DNA of 64,000 nt from a virus, in IMG/VR virus record IMGVR_UViG_3300044655_000639, positions 10,283-74,282 of that record. One strand, 5' to 3'. Below the pieces are notes generated by a model that was not told the DNA's origin, ran no database searches, and worked only from the letters and a program-made list of their open reading frames with translations. The position numbers and the translations under genes are program-made. Of the stretch, positions 36,489 to 46,327 are shown one piece after another. Every line of letters starts with the position of its first letter. The stretch's first letter is position 1.

Positions 36489-36941
36489 ATGATGCAAGGT
36501 TTTCATCCAAAGTTTACGTGGGAAGAGCTTATACGTACAAATCATAGTAGCTTACAAGCTCAAAATATCAAAGAGGCACTGAAGTATCAAAACGCTGGTA
36601 AGCGGTTATCAAAGCTGTTGGGAAGCATCAGAGAAGCGTATGGATTTCCTATCTCTATTACAAGTGGGTTTCGTTGTCCAGCTCTCAATAGGGCTGTTGG
36701 AAGTAAGGCTAAGACCTCATCACATATGAGGTTTGAAGCTGCTGATTGTATTCCCGTTGGTAAAGATTTCAAGCACTTCTTTAATTGGCTCAATGAACAT
36801 AGTATCGAGTTCCCTGATTTACGCAAAGCAATCATCGAACATCATAAGGGGTTGGTGCATATTGAGGTGAAGATGGATGCTGAGGAGCCTCAAGTATTTT
36901 ACACTACGAATGACAATGTGACGTTTAAGGCGGTGGCATGA
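36489..36941 (+). CDS. Endolysin, peptidase M15 family
   Basis: PI.ITSGFRC..LN.AVG....S.H....AAD...VHI motifs. Confidence 0.9.
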   Translation: MMQGFHPKFTWEELIRTNHSSLQAQNIKEALKYQNAGKRLSKLLGSIREAYGFPISITSGFRCPALNRAVGSKAKTSSHMRFEAADCIPVGKDFKHFFNWLNEHSIEFPDLRKAIIEHHKGLVHIEVKMDAEEPQVFYTTNDNVTFKAVA

Positions 36942-37159
36942 GTAAGTTACTAGAGCTTATTACAGACCCTAATGGGTCACTGTCCCATACGAAGATATGG
37001 AGCAATATTGGGATGGCTACATTGACAGCTACGTTTATCATCGGGACATACAGTCATGGTATCACTCCTGAGCTGATTGTGGCGTATGGTGGAATTGTAG
37101 TGTTCGGGCGTGCAACAAGCAAGTACTTGGATACTAAATCAGTATCTACGGGGGAATAG
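36938..37159 (+). CDS. Holin-like two-TM protein
   Basis: ELITD..G.LS.TK.W motif and two TM segments. Confidence 0.65.
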   Translation: MSKLLELITDPNGSLSHTKIWSNIGMATLTATFIIGTYSHGITPELIVAYGGIVVFGRATSKYLDTKSVSTGE

Positions 37160-37495
37160 ATGGTATGGATTACGTTTTTAAAGATGTACTGGAAATATGT
37201 TTTGGTTTTTGTGTGCTTCTCACTATTTTCTATCTCGCTAGTGGGGATGAGGATATCCAACACTGAGTTAAGAGCTGAGAGGGATATGTACTCTACAGCA
37301 CTAGAGTTCCAGAATGCTTCACTACTAAAGCATAAGAAAGAATATGATGAGAAGTTATCTAAACTGCCTAAAGAGATTGAAAAGATTACTGTTAGGTATA
37401 AAGTTATTTATCAAGGTATAGATGATTGGAAAGGAGATGATAATGCAACTGATTGTGAAAATGCTGATAACTACCTTCGTAGTTTTAACTATTAG
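37160..37495 (+). CDS. i-spanin (Rz-like)
   Basis: N-terminal TM plus coiled coil; overlaps the lipoprotein gene. Confidence 0.7.
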   Translation: MVWITFLKMYWKYVLVFVCFSLFSISLVGMRISNTELRAERDMYSTALEFQNASLLKHKKEYDEKLSKLPKEIEKITVRYKVIYQGIDDWKGDDNATDCENADNYLRSFNY

Positions 37496-37679
37496 TGGAT
37501 GTAGCCATAAGATACTATATGTGCCTAGTGAGTGTAATATCCCAGACTACTCAGAAGTGGTCTTAGATCTAACAGATAGAAATACAACTCTAGGAGAATC
37601 TAAGAGATGTACTATCAACTACACAAAACAAAAAGAAGCTAATGAGAAGATGGTGAAAGCCATAAAGCTTTGTCAATAA
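37443..37679 (+). CDS. o-spanin lipoprotein (Rz1-like)
   Basis: Lipobox ISGC; overlaps the i-spanin 3' end; exact start uncertain (37422-37461). Confidence 0.7.
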   Translation: MQLIVKMLITTFVVLTISGCSHKILYVPSECNIPDYSEVVLDLTDRNTTLGESKRCTINYTKQKEANEKMVKAIKLCQ

Positions 37680-37692
37680 AGTAGATAGAATA

Positions 37693-37721
37693 GTGACAAA
37701 TACCATAGATGATGGTATAAT
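37693..37721 (+). promoter_or_regulatory. Sigma70-type late promoter
   Basis: GTGACA-17 bp-TATAAT with an extended TG. Confidence 0.6.
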
Positions 37722-37751
37722 AACAACAATATCAATCAATAAGGCAGAATA

Positions 37752-37955
37752 ATGACAACAACATCTGGAAAACTCGTAATAATTGACCTAGGTATGTCAA
37801 CAGCACATTACCTATGGAATGGTGCTACACTTGAAGGTGTGGTAAAAGTATTCGTCTATAAAGGAACGTCTTTGACTATCACAGTTAAAGACAAATCAGT
37901 AATCCCAGTAGCAGAGATGAAACTCGCTGGTATCAAAGTAAAGGAAGTAAAATGA
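37752..37955 (+). CDS. Hypothetical protein
   Basis: First ORF after the promoter. Confidence 0.65.
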   Translation: MTTTSGKLVIIDLGMSTAHYLWNGATLEGVVKVFVYKGTSLTITVKDKSVIPVAEMKLAGIKVKEVK

Positions 37956-38173
37956 GTCAATTTGTAATGATAGCACCTGAGGGATATTCTATGCTAGATA
38001 GGCACTATATCAACTCTACAGAACTAAACACAGGGCTTTTTGTCAATGCACACATATACACTGTTATTGAAATCGCAACAGCATTGATGTTGGAGCGTGG
38101 TGATATGACACCTGAGCAAACACTAGCTGATATTCAGTTGGTAAATGATGAGATATGGGTTAAACTGGTATAA
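37952..38173 (+). CDS. Hypothetical protein
   Basis: Coupled ORF. Confidence 0.6.
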   Translation: MSQFVMIAPEGYSMLDRHYINSTELNTGLFVNAHIYTVIEIATALMLERGDMTPEQTLADIQLVNDEIWVKLV

Positions 38174-38177
38174 CTAG

Positions 38178-40781
38178 ATGGCAACTTTTACAGTCACTAC
38201 ATCACAGAATATTGACCAAATAGCTGGTAAGAATGGTGGCGATGTCTACAATATAAATGGAGGTACATTAACTATTGATGGGCACAGCAGGTTTGATTTA
38301 AATGCCTCTAATGCTTCAGCTACAGCTGCTACTTCATTAGGTACTATTACTATATCAGCAACACTTGGTGGAACTCTAAATATCGATGCAAGGAATGTAC
38401 GGCTGATTCCATTCAATAATGGGACTGGAACTGTCCCTGCTGCTGGAACAATCATCTCACAAGGCGGAGCAAGTGGTAAGCTCATGTGTGTGTATGGAGC
38501 TACTCCATCGGTCACTGCTCCACTCGCAACAGGTGCAGCTATGGTTGCATCAAGTTGGCTATTGATAAAACAGTGGAATGGCGTAGAGTTTAGTGCTGGT
38601 GCTTTAACTGGAATTAGTGCAGATGCAACTCAAAATAGTGTTGTAGGATGGATAGAAATATTCGGTGATGATGCCTCAACAATCAATGCTAACCGTTTGG
38701 GTTCAGTCAACATAACGGGTGAATGGTATAGACTTGGAGCTACAACAGGTGTGGCAAACCAAACAATGCAAGTACCTAATAACGGCACACTAAAGCATAT
38801 CGCTGGTGTATGGATTGAGAAGAACGCTGGAGCTAAAGACTATGAGTTTTACCTAAATGCTGGTATGCAAAACACAGTTGGGTCGGAAGAGTTTAGAGGT
38901 AAAGTGTGTTGGATAAGCAACACTGGATTGGTTCGGCTAGGACACAATGGAACAGCTAATATGGGGTATGTGCCTCCAGCAGGGCGTGAAGTTGTAATCC
39001 CAAATGTATTCTTGCAGTGTTGTTTGGCTACTGCTAGAAATGCAGAGGTTGTCCCTAATGCTACGATAGCTACACGATATGACTTCACTACAACTGGTGG
39101 AGGTGTTGTAAATATAGATAAGGCACAGATGGCATGGTATCCCTCTTTTGTTCAGGCGTATTCAGTACAGTTAAGCAATATTCAGGTAATAGAGTCACTA
39201 TACTGTTCAGAGCTTGCTTCTGAAGCCAATTGGATAAACATAGGGGTAGGACAAAAACCTACAACAAGTCTTAATGTATCCCCTTTGATATTAACCCTAT
39301 GTTTTTCAGGGGGTACTATAACAAATTATAAAGGGTCTAGGCTTAACCAAAGTGCGACAGGAATTTATACTGACACTCTGACGGATATCAGTGGGTTTGA
39401 TTTTATCAATCATAGTAATACACCATTGTCAACTAGAGGACACGCAACAACAGGGTCAATAAACGCTACAAGGGTAAACAACTGTAATTTTGTATCTCCT
39501 CAGATATTAGGGGGTAGAATACTTTTGACTTCGTGTACTAACGTCAACTTATCCAATATCGCTTATTCGGATAATGTAAGCGGTACAACATTCACAACAT
39601 ACGCTTCTAGCGTTGTGGATATTGCGTCAGGCTGTATCAATATCACTGTAGATGGTATCACTTTACCTGTTGCTAATAATCAGCCATACACACAGCTTGT
39701 AGGTATTCAAGCTGCTGGGTGTAGCAACATTAAAGTGCGTAACATAGGGACTCTATTATCACCTCTCAATCTCGGTAGCACCAATGCTTGTGGGTATGCT
39801 GTTACGCTAGCAGCAGGTGCAGCAGCAAATAACGTAAAAGTACAGAGAGTCTATGTAAGCAACACACGGACAGGTTTCTCATCGGGGGATAACTCCTCTA
39901 AAGATATTGTGTTTGAGAACTGCTTAGGGGACTATGCTGATACAGCTACAGGGCTAACGTCTTACTCATCACTCAACGCTACCCATAGAGCTATTGGTAA
40001 CAATTTTACCGCTGGTGCTGCTGCTTCCGTGTATGGCACACACTGGTTGGACGTTTTCAGTTCGGCAACCGCAGGAAGAGTTTTAGTGCTAATGAATGAG
40101 CCAAGCTCAACAACAGCAAGCCAAGCGATAGTTGCAAATGGTGCAAACTTCACCTCTGCTGGGGGTTTGTATATGCCTGTCATCGGTCACACTGCTACGT
40201 TTGAAATGCCATACTATGCACTAGGACATACAGGGTTTGCTAATAGTGCTTTGGTAATGTCGGGTGGTACAGCAACGAACTACGACTACAACTTTGCAAT
40301 TGATAAGAATGACGGTGCCGGATGGCCTGCTATGACTACTGCTAACTACACTGCAACGACTCTAGGAACTGCACTCAATGCAATAGGTGCTTTGGATGCG
40401 AGCAAAGGGTTCAAGCTACGATTGAAGATAACTACTATCACAACCAATACCACTGCTATAACCACAGTGTATCTTACGACAACATCAACGACTACAGCGC
40501 AAGGGTATCAATATCCGCTAGATACTATCGTAGCTACAATGACTGGTATGGTGACAGGTAGTGACATAGTGATTCTACCTCATGGTACAGAGACTGTTAG
40601 AGCCACAGCTGAAGACATCTCTGGGACAACATATGCTTATACGTATGAAACTCCTGAGAGTGTGGATATACGTGTATACAAAGAAGGATACTTCCCATTC
40701 AGTATAGAAAACTATATGTTGGGTTCAACAAACGCATCAGTACTAATAACTCAAGTACCTGATGTTTCATATCTAGCTTAA
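38178..40781 (+). CDS. Virion protein with a probable right-handed beta-helix (tailspike-like)
   Basis: Repeating xCxNIxVxNI-type rungs; Asn/Thr/Gly-rich; 867 aa. Confidence 0.6.
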   Translation: MATFTVTTSQNIDQIAGKNGGDVYNINGGTLTIDGHSRFDLNASNASATAATSLGTITISATLGGTLNIDARNVRLIPFNNGTGTVPAAGTIISQGGASGKLMCVYGATPSVTAPLATGAAMVASSWLLIKQWNGVEFSAGALTGISADATQNSVVGWIEIFGDDASTINANRLGSVNITGEWYRLGATTGVANQTMQVPNNGTLKHIAGVWIEKNAGAKDYEFYLNAGMQNTVGSEEFRGKVCWISNTGLVRLGHNGTANMGYVPPAGREVVIPNVFLQCCLATARNAEVVPNATIATRYDFTTTGGGVVNIDKAQMAWYPSFVQAYSVQLSNIQVIESLYCSELASEANWINIGVGQKPTTSLNVSPLILTLCFSGGTITNYKGSRLNQSATGIYTDTLTDISGFDFINHSNTPLSTRGHATTGSINATRVNNCNFVSPQILGGRILLTSCTNVNLSNIAYSDNVSGTTFTTYASSVVDIASGCINITVDGITLPVANNQPYTQLVGIQAAGCSNIKVRNIGTLLSPLNLGSTNACGYAVTLAAGAAANNVKVQRVYVSNTRTGFSSGDNSSKDIVFENCLGDYADTATGLTSYSSLNATHRAIGNNFTAGAAASVYGTHWLDVFSSATAGRVLVLMNEPSSTTASQAIVANGANFTSAGGLYMPVIGHTATFEMPYYALGHTGFANSALVMSGGTATNYDYNFAIDKNDGAGWPAMTTANYTATTLGTALNAIGALDASKGFKLRLKITTITTNTTAITTVYLTTTSTTTAQGYQYPLDTIVATMTGMVTGSDIVILPHGTETVRATAEDISGTTYAYTYETPESVDIRVYKEGYFPFSIENYMLGSTNASVLITQVPDVSYLA

Positions 40782-40790
40782 GGAGATAGC

Positions 40791-42143
40791 ATGGCAATGA
40801 TAACTGATCCAGATAATCTGGTCGTAGGTACAAACCTAACATTCAATACAGGAGCAAGAACATTTGACTTTGTTGTAGCAGGTGGACTGGTAGCAAAGGA
40901 TGGTGTAGATACTAATGCACTATGGAGTAAGCTTGTAGATCTATGGTCTACTGCAACATACAAGCCATTTCCATTCCCTATGAACAAGATTGATAATCGT
41001 TCAGGACAGTATGTGTTTGGTAGAGATCCAGGTGGTAACTACAATGGATGGAAACCAGGAAGTGATGCAACTCGTCAGATGCTACGTAATGGTGGATGGT
41101 CAGAGTACAGTAATGCTGGTGTACTGAATAGGCAGTACTTCGGTGCAGTTCTCCAAGGTGGAGTATCTAGCGGTGCACAGATGTACTTCCAGAAAACAAG
41201 TGGCGGACCAGCTATCAACTATACGTTTACAGACTTGCCTAATGAAGCGGTACAAGTGTTTGGAGATGCAAGTAATGGCAGCTTTGATAATCGTACATAC
41301 TTCAAGTCATTTGTTAGGGAATATGGGTATACCTATGATGATGCTTCTCTAACAGATATTTCTGAGACAGCTACTGGAGCATACAAGCTTCCATTTGGTA
41401 TTAACTCTAGTGCAGACTCTGATATTCAAGCTACCGATGGTGATGTGGCTACACTAGCTCCGTATACTGGTATCACAATCAAGTATGATACTGCTGTTAC
41501 AAACGTAAGTATTGGGGCTGGTAGTTATCCATTCAAGAAGCATATCACTCCTAACGGTGCAACCATCAAGCAGATCTATACAAAGATGCAGTATCAACTA
41601 CGTCAGAATAGTAATATCAATACTGGGGGTACAGGTGGTGTAGTGACTGGTAAGACTGCTGACCTAATCTGCTGGTTCGTAGGACCAACACTATATAGTA
41701 GAGCATTCTTTATACCAAGTCCTGCTGACCTCAATAGTGTAATCTTCATTGATGATAATGGAGTAGAGAGACAATTCCCATATGCATCAGCTGGGACACT
41801 GAACTTCAATGCTCCACTGACTGCAGGTGGTACAGGTGACTATACATTATATTACTCAACTACTCCAGGAGGTAATGACTATGGTGAAAGTACAGCAGTA
41901 GTAGTGAACGATAAAGATGGAGTACCCATCACAGGAACAATCACTGGTGCAAGTATTGCATTTACCTTTGACTATTCTAATAATACTCAAGGTGGATATG
42001 CAGGGGGTACAAATAGGAATGTGGTATTAGCATGGGGTAATCCAGGTTCAGCAAAACCAGGTATCAGTACTGGTACAATTACACAATCTAAAGGTATCAG
42101 TATTTCAGCAGTAGCAGAAAGTGATCCATCATACATTCAGTAA
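40791..42143 (+). CDS. Putative virion structural protein
   Basis: ITDPD.L...DGV...ALWS....W...Y....FPM...GGW.E motifs; beta-rich; late region. Confidence 0.6.
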   Translation: MAMITDPDNLVVGTNLTFNTGARTFDFVVAGGLVAKDGVDTNALWSKLVDLWSTATYKPFPFPMNKIDNRSGQYVFGRDPGGNYNGWKPGSDATRQMLRNGGWSEYSNAGVLNRQYFGAVLQGGVSSGAQMYFQKTSGGPAINYTFTDLPNEAVQVFGDASNGSFDNRTYFKSFVREYGYTYDDASLTDISETATGAYKLPFGINSSADSDIQATDGDVATLAPYTGITIKYDTAVTNVSIGAGSYPFKKHITPNGATIKQIYTKMQYQLRQNSNINTGGTGGVVTGKTADLICWFVGPTLYSRAFFIPSPADLNSVIFIDDNGVERQFPYASAGTLNFNAPLTAGGTGDYTLYYSTTPGGNDYGESTAVVVNDKDGVPITGTITGASIAFTFDYSNNTQGGYAGGTNRNVVLAWGNPGSAKPGISTGTITQSKGISISAVAESDPSYIQ

Positions 42144-42159
42144 ACTTTAAGGTTAAGTA

Positions 42160-43062
42160 GTGCATAATATTGGAAAAAGAGGTAACATGATAGAAAAAAT
42201 AAAATCATTAGCTACTGATTCCAAGTACACTACTTGGTACTGTAGTATTATAAATAATGCTATGGCACGCACAGATGATATTGAAGGAGAGCGGCATCAC
42301 GTGGTTCCACGAAGCATCTGGCCTGATGGCATTTTGCTTAAGGAAAACATAGTAAAGCTTACATATAAGGAGCATTATGTTTGCCATAAACTACTAGCAA
42401 GAATGCTGATAGATCCTGCACATACACGTAAGATGCGCTTTGCTCTATGGAGGCTAACACATAAGCGTGTCAATGATCAGATGTGTAATTCTAGAGATTA
42501 TGAATCTGCCAAAGTGCTTCACAAGCAAGCACTTGAAGAGCTATGGGCGCAGGATGGGTTTAGAGAAGATATGCTAAAAAGTCGTAAATGGTTTTACGAA
42601 AGTGAGGATCAAAAATCTGCTAATAGCAGACGAGCTAAAGAACGACTACAAAACCCAGAGTTTCGTGAAAAGTTTTTTAAAGCTGCCAATGAAGCAAATA
42701 AAATAATCAGAGATTCTGATCCTATAAAATGGGCACAACAATCTATGAGATCTGCAGAAGGAAAAGCTAATGCTAAAAAAACACAGCAAACTGATAGCCA
42801 TCGCAAAGCTTGTAGCGAACGAGAATTAAATAAATCCCCCGAGCAAAGATTAGCGCTGGCCAAGCAAGGCCAACAAGCTCTAGTCGACAAGCTCGGTGGA
42901 GAAGAGGCGTATCGTGAGTACTTGAGCAATAGGATTAAAGGACGTCGCAAGTACATTAATCCTAGCGATGGGTCAATACGCATACTTCGTGAAGCCGTTG
43001 ATGGGTATGTGTTGATGGCTGACTATAAGCTAACTGTAAGGAACCATTATGTTTATATTTGA
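42160..43062 (+). CDS. HNH homing endonuclease (Mob-like)
   Basis: WY..II..A..R...ERHHVVPRS...N.VKLT.KEH...H.LL motif with a basic helical tail; the likely start is about 42188. Confidence 0.85.
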   Translation: MHNIGKRGNMIEKIKSLATDSKYTTWYCSIINNAMARTDDIEGERHHVVPRSIWPDGILLKENIVKLTYKEHYVCHKLLARMLIDPAHTRKMRFALWRLTHKRVNDQMCNSRDYESAKVLHKQALEELWAQDGFREDMLKSRKWFYESEDQKSANSRRAKERLQNPEFREKFFKAANEANKIIRDSDPIKWAQQSMRSAEGKANAKKTQQTDSHRKACSERELNKSPEQRLALAKQGQQALVDKLGGEEAYREYLSNRIKGRRKYINPSDGSIRILREAVDGYVLMADYKLTVRNHYVYI

Positions 43063-43516
43063 CGGAGATGCAAAACGTATCTATATAGAGCCTACTGCAG
43101 TAAGTGGGGGAACAGTCATATTTACCCCACAAGAACTATGGAGTAGATACGTAGACTGGAGATCCCAAGGGGATAACTCTAAGTATCTCCCAGCTATGCG
43201 TACTGTTGATGCTATCATCAGTGGTGGACAACTACTAGGACCATATCTATTCATACGTAATGATCTGGGATGGAGAGGTGTTCCTCCTGTGACTGATGGT
43301 ATCAAGATAATCATCAATGGTTCACTATATGGTGAGTCACAGATACTGCCAGTGATGGAGAACATACCTAACCAAGAGACAGATCTAATTATCAATATGT
43401 CAGCATTGACGAATACTGTTAATACTGGAGGTGGTAGTTCCTTCACACTAGAGCAGATTGCAGATGCTGTAAGGAACAAGATGGTAGGGGATATATATGC
43501 AGCTAAGTTCATCTAA
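43049..43516 (+). CDS. Putative virion structural protein
   Basis: FDG..K.I...LWSR.VDW....N.KYLPA.R...F..N..GWR pattern. Confidence 0.6.
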   Translation: MFIFDGDAKRIYIEPTAVSGGTVIFTPQELWSRYVDWRSQGDNSKYLPAMRTVDAIISGGQLLGPYLFIRNDLGWRGVPPVTDGIKIIINGSLYGESQILPVMENIPNQETDLIINMSALTNTVNTGGGSSFTLEQIADAVRNKMVGDIYAAKFI

Positions 43517-43847
43517 AGGTATCCTGTATGATTTCACTTCTGCAATAGCAGGTACTGGTGGAGGTATAGACAATGCCACTGCTAACATCATAGAAGCCAA
43601 TACAGGTACTAGTATTCATGACTATGTAGGTCATACTGAAATGGAAGAACTGAATGAATTACCATACATAGTAAGAAAGTGGGAAGATGCAACTAAGTCA
43701 AATCTATTGTATACTATCACTATGACATTCATAGATGGACTACTGAGCACTGTGGTAGCACAGAATCATGTGAGTACTCTAACAAAGACAACAACTATAG
43801 TATGGGTGAATGGTAAATTCTTCTCATCTAGTTCAGTAATAGCATAG
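43497..43847 (+). CDS. Hypothetical protein
   Basis: Overlapping ORF in the late operon. Confidence 0.55.
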   Translation: MQLSSSKGILYDFTSAIAGTGGGIDNATANIIEANTGTSIHDYVGHTEMEELNELPYIVRKWEDATKSNLLYTITMTFIDGLLSTVVAQNHVSTLTKTTTIVWVNGKFFSSSSVIA

Positions 43848-43855
43848 GAGCGTAT

Positions 43856-44098
43856 ATGGTATCAACAGAAATAGTACTGGATAGATTTGCAGATTGGCTA
43901 CCACTGACATGCACAGGAACAGTAGTGTATATAGCTGAAGTAGTATCAGGGAACATACTGGTGAAGTTCGGTAGTGGTAGTACTGCTAAAGGCTTCACAA
44001 TGGTTCCAGGTGACACACTGAAAGCAGCAGAGACTGTATATGTTAAAGTAGTAAAAGATGCTGACTCATATCCTACAATACATGTAATCAAAGACTAA
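43856..44098 (+). CDS. Hypothetical small beta-rich protein
   Basis: AGGAG RBS. Confidence 0.6.
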   Translation: MVSTEIVLDRFADWLPLTCTGTVVYIAEVVSGNILVKFGSGSTAKGFTMVPGDTLKAAETVYVKVVKDADSYPTIHVIKD

Positions 44099-44189
44099 GG
44101 AGAACATATGGCTAAATCCTGTAAGACACCTAAACCTAAGAAGTGAGAATACTGTGCACCTCTAAGGGTGTATATCTATACTTATACTA

Positions 44190-44198
44190 TGGTATACT
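44190..44198 (+). promoter_or_regulatory. Extended -10 promoter for portal
   Basis: TGGTATACT following a hairpin at 44153-44174. Confidence 0.5.
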
Positions 44199-44225
44199 TT
44201 CAATAATATAAACTAAGGACTATAC

Positions 44226-46325
44226 ATGGCTGATGATATTGTAGAAGATGATGAAAAGAAGAGTAATCTAGTTAGCTGGAAGAATGCTCCTACTGTAGCT
44301 GACTTAGAAGCTGATCTAACTTCTGCAGAGTCAAGTCATGCTGAGCATGTAGCTAAAGTAGAAGAGTGGCTAAAGAATCTAGCAGCAGAACTGAAGATCA
44401 CCATACCTAAGGGTAGAAGTAAGGTACAACCTAAGCTGATCAGAACACAAGCTGAGTGGAGATATGCTGCACTAGAAGAACCATTCCTAAGTGCTAAGGA
44501 TATCTTTGAAGTAAGCCCTAGAACATGGGAAGATACTGAAGGTGCTGATGATAATGAGATCACACTGAACTATCAGTGGAATACTAAGATGGATAAAGTA
44601 GCATTCATCAATGAGTACGTAAGAAGTGCTGTAGACGAAGGTACTACTATCGTGCAGGTAGGATGGGAATTCCAAGAAGAAGAACGTATGGTAGAAGTGG
44701 ATGTAGAAGCTACTCCAGAACAACTACAGATGTATCTGATTACACAAGTACAGCAAGGTATGATGACAGAGGAAGAAGCTCAAGCAAGAATGCAGAGTGG
44801 AGAACCTATGGTGATAGGTACTAAGAAAGAGAAACGTATGGTTACTGTAAAGAACCATCCTAAGTACAGAATCTGTGAATATGATAAGGTAGTAATAGAT
44901 CCAACATGTGAAGGTGATCTAGATAAAGCTCAATTCATCATCATGCCATTCGAGACAAGCATGAGTGATCTCAAGAGAGATGGAACATATAAGAACCTAG
45001 ACAAGATCTTCGGTAAAGATGGTAAGGTAATCAGTGTAAGCTCAAGTGATGAAGAGTTCATCAGTTCACAGAAGAAGAATGTGAGTGGATTTGAATTCAA
45101 GGATAAAGCACGTAGAAAGCTGACAGCATACGAATACTATGGTTATTGGGATATCAATGATACAGGTATCACTACTCCTATCAAAGCAGTATGGGTAGGA
45201 TCTACTATGATCAAGCTAGAAGAACTGCCATACCCTGATAAGAAGCTACCATTCGTAGGTGTGCAGTACCTACCAGTACGTAAGAGTGTATATGGTGAAC
45301 CAGATGGTAGTCTACTGAATGACAAACAAGATATCATGGGTGCAGTAGCACGAGGTATGATAGATGTAATGGGTAGAAGTGCTAATGGTCAGGTAGGTAT
45401 GCAGAAAGGATTCCTAGATGTAACCAACCAGAAGAAGTTCGATAAAGGTGAACACTTCTTCTACAACCAAGGATTTGATCCTAGAACCTCAATCCATATG
45501 CAGACATTCCCAGAGATACCACAGAGTGCAATGCAAATGATACAACTACAGAATGCAGAAGCAGAGTCACTGACAGGTGTCAAGAGCTTCAGTCAAGGTA
45601 TCAGTGGAGCAAGTCTAGGTAATACTGCTGCAGGTGCTAGAGGTGCTCTAGATAGTGCAAGTAAGAGAGAGCTAGGAATCCTACGAAGACTATCAAAGGG
45701 TATAGAACAGATCGGTAGAAAGACCATAGCAATGAATGCAGTATGGCTAGAAGATGAAGAAGTGATTCGTATTACAAACAAAGAGTTTAGAACTGTAAAG
45801 AGAGATGACCTCAATGGAGACTTCGATCTACGACTATCTATCAGTACTGCAGAGAGTGACAATCAGAAAGCAGAGGAGCTAAGCTTCATGCTACAGACTA
45901 ATGCTGCAAGTATGGACCCAGAGCTAGCACGTATCATACAAGCTGAGATAGCTACTCTACGTAAGATGCCAGAACTAGCTAAGAAGATACTAGAGTTCCA
46001 ACCTCAACCAGATCCAATGCAACAGCAAATGCAGCAACTACAGTTACAACTACTACAAGCACAAGTAGCTAATGAGAGAGCTAAAGCTGGAGAGAATCAG
46101 GTGGATATAGAGTTGAAATCCTGGAAAGCTGAGACAGAGAGAGCTAAGTCTAGATCTCTCAATAGCAAGACAGATCTAGATGATCAAGTGTTCCTAGAAA
46201 AGGATGCTGGACTTGATCAACAGAAGATAATGGAACAAAAAGAGCATGACCGCTTAGCCTCTATGGATATTGAAGCATTTAAAGCTATGAATAGTAAAAC
46301 TCAAGCTAGTAAGAAAGGTCTCTGA
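44226..46325 (+). CDS. Portal protein (N4 gp59-like)
   Basis: W.NAP....L..DL, GRSKVQPKLIR.QAEWRY.AL.EPFL, YEY.G.WDI, GRSANGQ.G and ESLTGVKSF motifs typical of N4-like portals. Confidence 0.93.
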   Translation: MADDIVEDDEKKSNLVSWKNAPTVADLEADLTSAESSHAEHVAKVEEWLKNLAAELKITIPKGRSKVQPKLIRTQAEWRYAALEEPFLSAKDIFEVSPRTWEDTEGADDNEITLNYQWNTKMDKVAFINEYVRSAVDEGTTIVQVGWEFQEEERMVEVDVEATPEQLQMYLITQVQQGMMTEEEAQARMQSGEPMVIGTKKEKRMVTVKNHPKYRICEYDKVVIDPTCEGDLDKAQFIIMPFETSMSDLKRDGTYKNLDKIFGKDGKVISVSSSDEEFISSQKKNVSGFEFKDKARRKLTAYEYYGYWDINDTGITTPIKAVWVGSTMIKLEELPYPDKKLPFVGVQYLPVRKSVYGEPDGSLLNDKQDIMGAVARGMIDVMGRSANGQVGMQKGFLDVTNQKKFDKGEHFFYNQGFDPRTSIHMQTFPEIPQSAMQMIQLQNAEAESLTGVKSFSQGISGASLGNTAAGARGALDSASKRELGILRRLSKGIEQIGRKTIAMNAVWLEDEEVIRITNKEFRTVKRDDLNGDFDLRLSISTAESDNQKAEELSFMLQTNAASMDPELARIIQAEIATLRKMPELAKKILEFQPQPDPMQQQMQQLQLQLLQAQVANERAKAGENQVDIELKSWKAETERAKSRSLNSKTDLDDQVFLEKDAGLDQQKIMEQKEHDRLASMDIEAFKAMNSKTQASKKGL

Positions 46326-46327
46326 GT

